Positions 1-9,335 of a DNA stretch of 64,000 bases are shown here, piece by piece. The stretch's first letter is position 1. Each line of letters opens with the position of its first letter. The notes under the pieces are model-generated. The model made no database searches. It was not told where the DNA came from and saw only the letters and a program-made list of their open reading frames with translations. The DNA comes from Desulfobacterales bacterium. Lineage in GTDB: Bacteria; Desulfobacterota; Desulfobacteria; Desulfobacterales; UBA5616. A program made the translations under genes and the position numbers. The stretch covers positions 1 through 64,000 of the forward strand of contig JAWODC010000049.1 in NCBI GenBank assembly GCA_046483495.1, read 5' to 3'.

Positions 1-68
1 GCTAGTCAAGCACTCATATGATTTTTTTATCCCTCCGCTCTGCCATGCCTGAAAATCGAATGGTAACC

Positions 69-1085
69 CTAAACCGCCTGCGGAATCGGTTGCCGGATAA
101 GACAGACCACTGTGTTCTGAATGGAAGACGACTCATTCACGTTATGCATCCCGGCCGTTCGGGGGGCAAATCGACGGAAGAAGGTTTTCGGGTGAATTCC
201 GGGAAACCTGTAAACCGCCAAACCAACGGTTTTTTCATCGATTTCCGGCGCAGGCGGCTCCGGGGGCGTCACTCCGGAGACGTCCTGCGATTCGGCCGAA
301 TGTTGCAGCAGCCCTTCCAGTGCCTTGCTAAAGATCATCATTTCGTGATTGTTATTGTTTCGGACCGGCACCGGCGAAATATGCCATAGAGGAGCCGGCG
401 GCTTTTCCGCTGTGTCCCGGTTTTCCAACAAATGGGTGATGACGCTTGTACTGTCTGTGGCATAAACCGTATATTCTTCGGGGTCATTCAAGTGGAGTAT
501 CGACCAGGACCGCATCCGCTCCGATACCATGTACTCGCCCAAATCCGCCTGCGCATCACCTCGGCCGGCAGATAAAAGCCGCTCGAGTTTTTCCGGCTCT
601 CCTTTCAATCCGTCATATAGATCCTGTTCCATTTGCTCGATAGTCATCAGTCTGTCCATTGCGGTGATTTCCTGGGCATCATGCTCTTGTGCCAATGCCA
701 GAAACAATCGAGCGACAAAAACATCGTCAACGGGGGTCTCTGTTGGAGCCTCCGCCCCGATTCTTTTTTTTATGTCCGCCTTTATTCTCGACACCGCGGT
801 GTCACTGTAAAAGGGAACGGGGCTGCGGCGGGCCGTTAGAAAAGCCGTGGATCGGTCATCATGGATATTCGCCCAGTTTTTGTATGCTTTCAATACTGAC
901 GCCAGCCGATCTTCATCGCCGGAAACCGGCGTTTTCACGTATACGGGCTGGTCTTCCCCGGAAAGGGAAACATCGTTTTCGGTGGCATATCCAATACCGT
1001 ATACCACGGTTTGGGAGAAAAACGAGTTCAGCCGTTTGGCGGCTTCAGCCGACAGGGTCGTAAATGGAAAATATAACGATTTCAT
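69..1085 (-). CDS. Hypothetical protein (338 aa)
   Basis: Long ORF whose ATG overlaps the stop of the upstream cysK-cysS fusion (ATGA, 1082-1085); no recognisable motif. Confidence 0.75.
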   Translation of the reverse strand: MKSLYFPFTTLSAEAAKRLNSFFSQTVVYGIGYATENDVSLSGEDQPVYVKTPVSGDEDRLASVLKAYKNWANIHDDRSTAFLTARRSPVPFYSDTAVSRIKADIKKRIGAEAPTETPVDDVFVARLFLALAQEHDAQEITAMDRLMTIEQMEQDLYDGLKGEPEKLERLLSAGRGDAQADLGEYMVSERMRSWSILHLNDPEEYTVYATDSTSVITHLLENRDTAEKPPAPLWHISPVPVRNNNNHEMMIFSKALEGLLQHSAESQDVSGVTPPEPPAPEIDEKTVGLAVYRFPGIHPKTFFRRFAPRTAGMHNVNESSSIQNTVVCLIRQPIPQAV

Positions 1086-3367
1086 GACATTTCATCTAAT
1101 TTTGGATCCAGCAAGGTAATGCCCATGGATTTGAGCTGATCACGTATCTGGTCGGCGCGTTCGAAATTTTTTTCTGTCCGCGCCCGGTTTCTTTCGGCGA
1201 TCAGTGCCTGTACATCGGATCCCGGTGGTGTATCTGAAAAGTCAAATACTTGCAGTACGGCATCGATCTGTTTGAAGGCGTCTACGATTTTGAGTGCATC
1301 CTGACCGTTGATGCAATGGTCCGAAATCAAATGGTTTACCTGACGCACCTTTTTAAAAATCGATGCTAGTGCAGCGGAAACATTGAGATCGTCGTCCATA
1401 GCGGCAATAAATCCGTGGCGGAGGTCGTAGATGATCTGGTCCAGCTCATCCAATGGAGGTGCCTGGGCATCCAGACGCATCAGGGTCTGTATTACCTGAT
1501 CGAATCGCCGCAATCCGCGGGCGGCATTGTCCAGACGATTTTTGGAAAACGTCAACGGTTTGCGATAATGCCCGGACAGAAGCCAATACCTCACCTCCCT
1601 GCCCGAGTACCCTGAATGATAGAGCGTTTCCAAGGTCAACCGGTTGCCGTTTTCCCCGATCTTTTTGCCGTTTACCAGGACCCGTTCGCAATGGATCCAA
1701 TACCTTGCCGGAATTTTTCCGGTGACAGCCCGGGCGATGGCGATTTCATTCTCGTGATGGGGAAAAACCAATTCGCGGCTGCTCGCGTGGATATCATAGG
1801 TTTCACCCAAATATTTCATCGCCATGGCGGCACATTGAATGTGCCACGACGGCCGGACATTTCCCCACTGGGTTTTCGAGAAAATCCCCCGTCGAAGTTC
1901 GGACAGCTTGGTTCGCTTGAACAAGGTGAAATCACGAGGATTATCCTTTTCATAATCATCTAAATCGACAGTGGCGCCCACCCTTATCTTGTCGATATCG
2001 ACGCCTGAAAGCCGGCCGTAATCGGAAAACCGGGATATGTCGAAGTACAGCGATTTCAACTTTTCATAGGCATATCCCTTCTCAACCAGTTTTCGGGCCA
2101 TCCGGATCATATCGTCGACATGTTCACTGGCTTTGGGGTAATGATCCGCCGGTTTGATGCGAAGTGATTCAAGATCTTCCATGAACGCCCGAACATAATG
2201 CCGGGTAAATTCCGGCAAATCGATGCCTGCTTTTTCAGAGCCTTGAATCGTTTTGTCGTCCAGGTCGGTGACATTCATGACATGCTTGACCGAAAGGCCG
2301 CGATATTCAAGATACCGGCAGAGCAGATCGGAAAAGACGAATCGACGACACTCGCCCAGGCCCATTCTGGCGTGAACGGTGGGTCCGCAGGAGTATACGG
2401 ACACCTTGTGGGGCGTTATGGGAACGAAGGTCTCTTCGGTACGCGACAGGGTGTTGAACAGCTTCAATCCGACTTTTTCTTTGACGGCAAAAAGCGGCGT
2501 ACTTAAGTACCGTTCCCCGCCGTCCGGCAATATGACCACCAGCGTGCCCCTGTCCATCCGGCGCGCCTGTTTTATCGCGGCAAACATTGCGGCCCCGCTG
2601 CTCATCCCTACAAAAAGCCCTTCCTCTTTGGCCAGTTGCCGGGCGGTTTCGTAAGCATCTTCATCATCGATGTTGATGATGTTATCCAATCTTTTTTTTT
2701 CGTAAATTTCAGGGACGTATGCTTCTTTCATATTTTTGAGGCCCTGAATTTTGTGCCCCAGGTACGGCTCCACGCCGATAATGTGAATGTCAGGGGCCAA
2801 TTCCTTCAGTCGCCGGGACAACCCCATCAGGGTGCCTGTTGTTCCCATGGTCGCTACAACGGCGGAAAGGCGGCCCCCGGTTTGACGCCAGATTTCTTCG
2901 GCAGTGCCATGATAATGAGCCTTCCAATTGGCCTCATTGTTAAACTGATCCGTCATGAAATACCGATCGGGGTTCTCGCGGGCCAGGCGATAGACTTCCT
3001 CGATGGCGCCGTCCGTCCCTAAGTGGCCGGGTGTCAGAAGGATTTCGGCGCCCCTGGCTTTCAAGATTTTTTGGCGTTCCAGGCTGGCGGCCTCGGACAT
3101 CACCAGCAGCAGCCTGTAATTTTTAACGGAACAGACCAGCGCCAACCCGATGCCCGTGTTGCCGCTGGTTGCCTCGATGACGGTTTTGTCAGGTGTGAGT
3201 TTGCCGGAGGCCTCTCCGGATTCAATCATGTAAAGTGCCGCACGGTCTTTTATGGAGCCGCCGGGATTGAGATATTCAACCTTGGCGAATATCGTAATAT
3301 CGGGGTTTGGGTTTACTTTCCGAATTTCGACCAGCGGTGTATTTCCGATGGTGTCTAATATTGACAT
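1082..3367 (-). CDS. cysS: Cysteine synthase (PLP, CysK/CysM-like) fused to a cysteinyl-tRNA synthetase-like domain
   Basis: N-half has NPGGSIKDR (PLP Lys), TSGNTG, GTTGT, GMSSGA and PDGGERYLST. C-half has LFNTL, YSCGPTV, NVTDLDDK, RPSWHIQC, FPHHENE, MDDDLN and ADQIRDQL. Start taken at ATG 3367 (MSILDTIG); 3373 is possible. Confidence 0.92.
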   Translation of the reverse strand: MSILDTIGNTPLVEIRKVNPNPDITIFAKVEYLNPGGSIKDRAALYMIESGEASGKLTPDKTVIEATSGNTGIGLALVCSVKNYRLLLVMSEAASLERQKILKARGAEILLTPGHLGTDGAIEEVYRLARENPDRYFMTDQFNNEANWKAHYHGTAEEIWRQTGGRLSAVVATMGTTGTLMGLSRRLKELAPDIHIIGVEPYLGHKIQGLKNMKEAYVPEIYEKKRLDNIINIDDEDAYETARQLAKEEGLFVGMSSGAAMFAAIKQARRMDRGTLVVILPDGGERYLSTPLFAVKEKVGLKLFNTLSRTEETFVPITPHKVSVYSCGPTVHARMGLGECRRFVFSDLLCRYLEYRGLSVKHVMNVTDLDDKTIQGSEKAGIDLPEFTRHYVRAFMEDLESLRIKPADHYPKASEHVDDMIRMARKLVEKGYAYEKLKSLYFDISRFSDYGRLSGVDIDKIRVGATVDLDDYEKDNPRDFTLFKRTKLSELRRGIFSKTQWGNVRPSWHIQCAAMAMKYLGETYDIHASSRELVFPHHENEIAIARAVTGKIPARYWIHCERVLVNGKKIGENGNRLTLETLYHSGYSGREVRYWLLSGHYRKPLTFSKNRLDNAARGLRRFDQVIQTLMRLDAQAPPLDELDQIIYDLRHGFIAAMDDDLNVSAALASIFKKVRQVNHLISDHCINGQDALKIVDAFKQIDAVLQVFDFSDTPPGSDVQALIAERNRARTEKNFERADQIRDQLKSMGITLLDPKLDEMS

Positions 3368-4014
3368 GTGCATGTGGCAAGTACCTTTAATATTTCGTTC
3401 CAAACCCCGTCTTCATTTTGGGATGCATCGATAATTCTGAATCTGCGGGGTTCGGCGGCGGACAGCGTCAGATACCCCTCCCGGACGCACTGGTGAAAAT
3501 CGATTTTTTCTTTTTCGAACCGGGTTTCCCCGTCGGGGCGGTCCCCGGAGTGCACGGCATGCCAGGCCCTTTCAAGTCCGATTTTCGGGGGCAGGTCCAA
3601 AAGAAAGGTTATATCAGGCTTCCGATCTTCCAATATCACGTGGTGAAGTGCGGCAATCAGATTCATATCCAGCCCTCTGGCATGTCCCTGATAGGCGAGG
3701 GTGGCATCGAAAAACCGGTCACAAACAACGGTTTTCCCGCTTTTCAATGCGGGACTGATGATTTCCCGGACATGCTGCGCCCGATCCGCCATATACAGAA
3801 GCAGTTCCGTCATGGGATCCATTTGGTGGTTTTCGGCATCCAACAGAATGGACCTGATTTTTCGGCCGATCGCCGTCCCCCCGGGTTCACGGGTGGTGAT
3901 GCATGTCCGTCCCTCACGGGTGAAATAATCAACCATTCGTTTCATCAGAGTGCTTTTGCCGGATCCTTCGATGCCCTCAAGGGTGATAAATAGTGCCCGC
4001 TTATCGTTTTGCAT
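3355..4014 (-). CDS. tmk: Thymidylate kinase
   Basis: FITLEGIEGSGKST P-loop, TREPGGT, CDRF, LAYQG; start moved to ATG 4014. Confidence 0.95.
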   Translation of the reverse strand: MQNDKRALFITLEGIEGSGKSTLMKRMVDYFTREGRTCITTREPGGTAIGRKIRSILLDAENHQMDPMTELLLYMADRAQHVREIISPALKSGKTVVCDRFFDATLAYQGHARGLDMNLIAALHHVILEDRKPDITFLLDLPPKIGLERAWHAVHSGDRPDGETRFEKEKIDFHQCVREGYLTLSAAEPRRFRIIDASQNEDGVWNEILKVLATCTCQY

Positions 4015-4948
4015 AAAATTGTCTTTCCAGCAACCGGTGATAGGGTGTCCAGTTTTCTCCGGATACTTCGGATTCCATGAATTCCCGAACACCGTTTACC
4101 TTGGCATCGATTTCATCGATATAATTCAGCAGTATGGCTTCGATGGTTTTCGGGGGCTCGGGGGATCCGAACTCGCGTGAACCGTGATGACTTACGATCA
4201 TGTGCTCGATCAGCTGCTCCGTTTCCGCGGGGAATTGCCGTAGAGTCGCGATTTTTTCCCGAACCATAAGAACACCGATGACGATATGGCTCAACAAGCG
4301 CCCCTCATCTGAATAGTCGATTGCGGTTGAATACGTCAATTCCCGAGTTTTTCCAATATCGTGCAAAACAGCACCGGTGATCAGCAGCTCCCGATCGACA
4401 CCGCCGTAATGACCGGCTGTTTTTTCCGCCAAAAGCGCTGTTGAGAGGGTGTGTTCGAGCAGCCCTCCCAGGTAGGCGTGGTGCATTTTTTTGGCGGCGG
4501 GTGCCGTCTTAAACCGGTTTACAAACTCGGCATCCGCGTAAAAAGCCTCGAGCAAGGACTTCAGGTGAATATTTTCAAACGTGTTCGAGATCTGCCGGAG
4601 CCGCTCGAACATTCGCTCGATGTCCCGGTCGGTGGACGGCAAAAAATCCGAAGGGTCGACATCTTGGGCATCGCAAGGCGAAAGAACCTTTATAACCAAT
4701 TGGGGGGCCCCCCTGTACTCGGAGATGCTTCCCGTTAATCGAACGTAATCGCCTGATGCAATGGTGTGGCCGATCTCGTCCACACCGTCCCACATGACAC
4801 CCTTCAGAGAACCGCTCTTATCCGAAATCGTGACGGACAGATAACAGTTGCCGTCTTTTTTGTGGGATATCATCTTTTCGGCCAACACAAAAATGTCCTC
4901 GACGACATCCCCGGCTTTCATATCTTTTATAAAAACAGTTTTCATCAT
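4001..4948 (-). CDS. YhaM/Cbf1-family 3'-5' exoribonuclease (OB fold + HD domain)
   Basis: N-terminal OB-fold-like region, APAAKKMHHAYLGGLLEHT, LHDIGK, SHHG, YIDEID. Confidence 0.9.
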   Translation of the reverse strand: MMKTVFIKDMKAGDVVEDIFVLAEKMISHKKDGNCYLSVTISDKSGSLKGVMWDGVDEIGHTIASGDYVRLTGSISEYRGAPQLVIKVLSPCDAQDVDPSDFLPSTDRDIERMFERLRQISNTFENIHLKSLLEAFYADAEFVNRFKTAPAAKKMHHAYLGGLLEHTLSTALLAEKTAGHYGGVDRELLITGAVLHDIGKTRELTYSTAIDYSDEGRLLSHIVIGVLMVREKIATLRQFPAETEQLIEHMIVSHHGSREFGSPEPPKTIEAILLNYIDEIDAKVNGVREFMESEVSGENWTPYHRLLERQFYAKR

Positions 4949-4975
4949 TTCTTTCGCAGCTGATCATCTATCGCC

Positions 4976-5728
4976 TTAGAACCATTGTTTCAACTCGTCC
5001 AGCAGGCGGTAATCCGTCATGTCGCACTTGATCGGGGTAATAGATATATAATGGTCGCAAATCACCCGGCCGTCAATATCCGGATGTTCATACCAAGGAT
5101 CGGAATCGCAACCGTGCCAGTAATACACGCGTTTTCTGGGATCTTCCCGCTTTTTGAAGTATTCATCGAAAAACTGGGTGCCCTGCCGGCTGATCCGAAT
5201 CCCTTTCGTGTCTTTTACGGCCATATTGGGCAGGTTGATGTTTAAAAAAGTGCCGAAAGGCAGCCCCCTGTCTGCCACCCGGTCAATGACCGTCTCGACG
5301 AATTCGGCGGCCTCGGCAAAATTGGAGCTGTCGACGGGGGCTTGCATGGAAACCGCAATGGCGTTAATCCCATACAGCGCCGCTTCTTTAGCCGCGGCTA
5401 CGGTCCCCGAGTAGTTTAGATTGACACCGACATTGGCGCCTGAATTGATCCCGGAAACGACCATATCGGGCTTTTCTTCCAACAGCTCCAGCAGGCCGAG
5501 CTTGATGCAGTCCGCCGGGGTGCCGGAAATGCTGTAGGCCGGCCCTTTGCCGTCGAGGTGAAGTGTGGCGGCCCGCAGCGGGGTGTGGAGCGTGATGCCG
5601 TGCCCCACCGCACTCTGCTCCTGTTCAGGCGCTGCAATAACCACGGCGTTTTTTGCGGCCAGCCGGTTGTGAAGAGCCCATAGTCCCTCGGCATAGATGC
5701 CGTCGTCATTTGTCAACAAAATATTCAT
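4976..5728 (-). CDS. surE: 5'/3'-nucleotidase SurE
   Basis: MNILLTNDDG, GTPADC, VSGINSGAN, YSGTVAAA. Confidence 0.95.
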   Translation of the reverse strand: MNILLTNDDGIYAEGLWALHNRLAAKNAVVIAAPEQEQSAVGHGITLHTPLRAATLHLDGKGPAYSISGTPADCIKLGLLELLEEKPDMVVSGINSGANVGVNLNYSGTVAAAKEAALYGINAIAVSMQAPVDSSNFAEAAEFVETVIDRVADRGLPFGTFLNINLPNMAVKDTKGIRISRQGTQFFDEYFKKREDPRKRVYYWHGCDSDPWYEHPDIDGRVICDHYISITPIKCDMTDYRLLDELKQWF

Positions 5729-5959
5729 AAAGCAAAAGCGTTTTTGTGTCCTTTGAGAGAACCTATAGCCCAACTCGCCAAGATTTTAAATGCCGAATAT
5801 TCGAAAAGTATGGCTTGATTTTTTGGCACCGGTAATTTTATATGGAATATCTTTTCGTTTATCAAGCTGTTAATTTCCACTTGGAAACGGATGATCAACG
5901 CTGTGCAAATCGTGCACGAATCGACTATTCGAACTCCCGTTACGCGGAAAGGTCAACAC

Positions 5960-8275
5960 ATGCGACGCAGTCTGTTGCCGGTCTCTTTTCCGGTCATTCT
6001 TTTAGTATGCCTTTTTCTTTTTTTATGCACAGCACATTTTGCAGGGGTCTGCGCTGCGGATGATTCACAATCCTACGAGCAGATTATTTTAGGCGACCCG
6101 AATGCCCCATGGGCGATCCGGGCCGATGAAGTGACATACTACGAACAGGATGACCGGTATGAGGCCCGGGGGAATGTCGTGATTCGGCAAAGGGGCAGAA
6201 CGTTTTATGCGGACCGGGTGATCTTTGACAGGCCTGCCATGCACATTTCGGCGATGGGGAATGTGATGCTTCAAGTGGGCGAAGATATTTTGAGGGCCCG
6301 TTCACTGCAAATGGATGTTAAGACGGAACAGGGGGTGTTGATCGATGGTGAAGTTTATTTGGCCAAAAGTAATTTTATTCTGAAAGGAGACCGGGTCGAA
6401 CAGATACAACCCTATGTATTCCGTATAGAAGATGCTACGGTAACCACCTGCGACGGTGATACGCCGGCATGGCGCATCACCGGGAAGAACGTTACGGTTA
6501 CGATAAACGGGTATGGGTTCGTCCGGCATGGAACGCTGTGGGTAAAAAATATTCCGGTATTTTACACCCCGTTTTTTGTTTTTCCGGTGATGGTGGAACG
6601 CCAAACAGGCCTGCTGATTCCCAGAATCGGGATTTCCGACCGCAAGGGTTTTGAATACGACCAGCCGCTGTATTGGGCTATCGATCCCAACTCGGATGCC
6701 ACCGTTTATCATCATTATATGTCTGAGCGGGGGAACAAAATAGGATTGGAATATCGATACATGCTGGATTTCGATTCTATGGGCATCGCTATGTTCGATT
6801 ATCTCGATGACCGAAAAATCGATGAAGGTACACCCGATTCGGACGCATATGGGTATGACCATGACGTCTGGGATAGAACCAACTCGGATCGGTACTGGTT
6901 CAGAATGAAAGCCGATCACTATCTGGGGAATGGGTTCGATGCCACGGCGGATCTCGACATTGTCAGCGACCAGGATTTTCTTTTGGAGTTTCGAGACGGA
7001 CAATCGGGGTTTTTTAACACCGAAGATCTCTTCTTTGACTATTTCGGGCGGGATCTGGACGGCTACGAGGACCCGGTCCGGGTCAATCAGGCAAATATCA
7101 ATAAAACAGGCCTGACCTATTCATTCAATTCGGGGGTCCGATGGTATGACGATGTCATCGCGCGGCGGCATCTGGATGAGGACACCACCGTTCAGAACCT
7201 GCCCCGTGTTCTTTTCAGTACATCGAAAAAGCCGATTCGTGATTCTTCGTTGTATTGGCGGTCCGATTCCGAATATACGTATCTATTCAGCGAGAACGGA
7301 ACTCGAGGCCATCGTCTCGATATTCATCCAAGGCTCTATCTGCCCGGATTCTACCATTCCTATTTTTCCGTTGAGCCCTCCGTAGGCCTGCGGGAGACCG
7401 TGTGGCATGTTGATGAGCTCGATGAAAGTCCACTGGAAACCGGCGAACAGGGTATCGGTTTTCGTCATCTGATCGAGGCGAATATCGAGGCCCGATCGGA
7501 AATGTATCGGATACACACGATCGATTCCGAGCATATCGATTCGGTAAAGCATTCCATTATTCCCCGTGTCGTCTACCGGTATATTCCGGACGTGGACCAG
7601 GACGAGCACCCGTGGTTCGACGGGCTTGAAGACGATGTAAATCGTGTAAAACAAACCAATCAGATCGGCGTGGGCATCACCCAATTCCTTACCGGGCGGA
7701 CCCGGCCGGTAACCCGGCCGAACGGTGCTGGAAGGGATGCGGATTTGGGCCCGGAAGCAGGCGGCTTTCGATACCTGCCCCTGATGCGGCTCGATGTAAT
7801 GCAGGGATACGATTTCCATGAGGCCGCAGAAGACAATCCGGCGGATTTTCGAAATGGAGAGGACCGGCGGCCTTTTTTGCCTCTTGACGTGGAACTCGAG
7901 TTCATGTACCCGGAAGTTTTGTCTGTGCAGTCGGATTTAAAGTGGGACCATTATGATCATCGGTTTGTTTCACGAAATGTTGAATTGCGTTTGGCGGATG
8001 ATCGGGGAGACCGGCTTGGACTCAATTACCGGTTTACGGACGAGCTCGTTGAATATATCAGTGCGAATATCGGCATAACGCTCACCGACAGTCTGTTCGC
8101 CTATGCGGATTACCAGCGCAATCTCATGGAAGGAGATGTTGTTGAAACGATGGTTGGGATTATTTATAATGCCCAATGCTGGGTGCTGGATGTGCGCGTT
8201 TCGGATGAAGAAGATGATCGAAAAATCGCCTTTATGGTGACATTGAAAGGGCTGGGTGAAATCGGGGCCCGATGA
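5960..8275 (+). CDS. lptD: LPS-assembly outer-membrane protein LptD
   Basis: Signal peptide, N-terminal OstA-like region, TTCD...W, PVFYTP, RQTGLLIP, C-terminal QCW and LKGLG. Confidence 0.88.
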   Translation: MRRSLLPVSFPVILLVCLFLFLCTAHFAGVCAADDSQSYEQIILGDPNAPWAIRADEVTYYEQDDRYEARGNVVIRQRGRTFYADRVIFDRPAMHISAMGNVMLQVGEDILRARSLQMDVKTEQGVLIDGEVYLAKSNFILKGDRVEQIQPYVFRIEDATVTTCDGDTPAWRITGKNVTVTINGYGFVRHGTLWVKNIPVFYTPFFVFPVMVERQTGLLIPRIGISDRKGFEYDQPLYWAIDPNSDATVYHHYMSERGNKIGLEYRYMLDFDSMGIAMFDYLDDRKIDEGTPDSDAYGYDHDVWDRTNSDRYWFRMKADHYLGNGFDATADLDIVSDQDFLLEFRDGQSGFFNTEDLFFDYFGRDLDGYEDPVRVNQANINKTGLTYSFNSGVRWYDDVIARRHLDEDTTVQNLPRVLFSTSKKPIRDSSLYWRSDSEYTYLFSENGTRGHRLDIHPRLYLPGFYHSYFSVEPSVGLRETVWHVDELDESPLETGEQGIGFRHLIEANIEARSEMYRIHTIDSEHIDSVKHSIIPRVVYRYIPDVDQDEHPWFDGLEDDVNRVKQTNQIGVGITQFLTGRTRPVTRPNGAGRDADLGPEAGGFRYLPLMRLDVMQGYDFHEAAEDNPADFRNGEDRRPFLPLDVELEFMYPEVLSVQSDLKWDHYDHRFVSRNVELRLADDRGDRLGLNYRFTDELVEYISANIGITLTDSLFAYADYQRNLMEGDVVETMVGIIYNAQCWVLDVRVSDEEDDRKIAFMVTLKGLGEIGAR

Positions 8276-8446
8276 TTATGGACCATGAATTTCGGGGGTT
8301 TGTGTTGAATACTGGAACAAATGGTATACACCGCCGCTAAGATCGATGGCGGATGAGAAACCGCCTGAATTGCCGAAAACACGAAAAACCGGTTAAGCGC
8401 ATTCTGTGCCGCATAAACAAACGGCCGATCCGTCGGCCTTGAAAAG

Positions 8447-8980
8447 ATGACGATGCTGCCGAATCATTTCCATCCCGAATGGTATGTACTGCATACGAAA
8501 AGCAGGTTTGAAAATGTCGTTTACGACGGCCTTTACAAGAAATCCATCGATGTCTTTTTGCCCAAAGTAAGGGTCAGAAGCCGCCGTAAAGACCGTCGGG
8601 TTGTGCTGAACGTCCCCCTTTTTCCCGGGTATCTTTTCGTAAAATCGGACCTCCACCCGGAGAGGCATCTCGACATCCTGAAAACCGTCGGGGTGGTGCG
8701 CCTGATCGGCAATAAGGAAGGCCCCATTTCGGTGAGCGGGCAAACCATCGAATCGCTTAAAATCATGGTGTCGGTTGGGGATGCCGTTACAACGGGCAAC
8801 AGGCTGAAAAAAGGAGACCGGGTGCTGGTTGTCAGAGGCCCGTTTACAGGCATTGTCGGGAGGTTTCACCGGTACAAGGGCGGACATCGAATCATCGTCA
8901 ATATCGAAGCGCTCGGACAGTTTGCCGGTGTCGAAATTCACGAAGAAGATGTGGAGCCCGTGCCTGAAATAATTTCATAA
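8447..8980 (+). CDS. NusG-paralog transcription antiterminator (UpxY/RfaH/LoaP-like)
   Basis: WYVLHTKSRFE, PLFPGYLFV (NGN domain), KOW motif KGDRVLVVRGPFTG. Confidence 0.9.
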   Translation: MTMLPNHFHPEWYVLHTKSRFENVVYDGLYKKSIDVFLPKVRVRSRRKDRRVVLNVPLFPGYLFVKSDLHPERHLDILKTVGVVRLIGNKEGPISVSGQTIESLKIMVSVGDAVTTGNRLKKGDRVLVVRGPFTGIVGRFHRYKGGHRIIVNIEALGQFAGVEIHEEDVEPVPEIIS

Positions 8981-8984
8981 CCGC

Positions 8985-9013
8985 TTGACATCTTAAAAAG
9001 TTTTGTTTAGAAA
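8985..9013 (+). promoter_or_regulatory. Putative sigma70 promoter for ihfB-holB-ricT-metG
   Basis: TTGACA (8985-8990), 17 nt, TAGAAA (9008-9013); AGGAGG RBS before ATG 9056. Confidence 0.55.
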
Positions 9014-9055
9014 AACATCATAGATAATATCACTATCTTTTTTGTAGGAGGATAA

Positions 9056-9331
9056 ATGAATAAACTCGAGTTGATTTCCGCCTTGAAAAACGAAGCCAAT
9101 ATTTCCAAATCAGAGGCAGCGAAGGTGGTTCAGATATTTTTCGACAGTATGGCCGATGCCCTTGCTTCCGGCGAACGGGTGGAGATAAGGGGGCTATGCA
9201 GCTTCTTTGTCAAAGAATATAAGAGTTACACCGGTAGAAATCCCAAAACCGGTGAAAAGGTGCAGATTAAACCGAAACGGCTTCCGTTTTTCAAGGCGGG
9301 GAAAGAACTAAAAGAGCGGGTAGATTTTTAA
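9056..9331 (+). CDS. ihfB: Integration host factor beta / HU-family DNA-binding protein
   Basis: RVEIRGLCSF, GRNPKTGE, FKAGKELKERV. Confidence 0.85.
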   Translation: MNKLELISALKNEANISKSEAAKVVQIFFDSMADALASGERVEIRGLCSFFVKEYKSYTGRNPKTGEKVQIKPKRLPFFKAGKELKERVDF

Positions 9332-9335
9332 TCAA

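Noticed and set aside
8348..8364. GGCGGATGAG as an RfaH ops site
   Set aside because: Does not match GGCGGTAGnnTG
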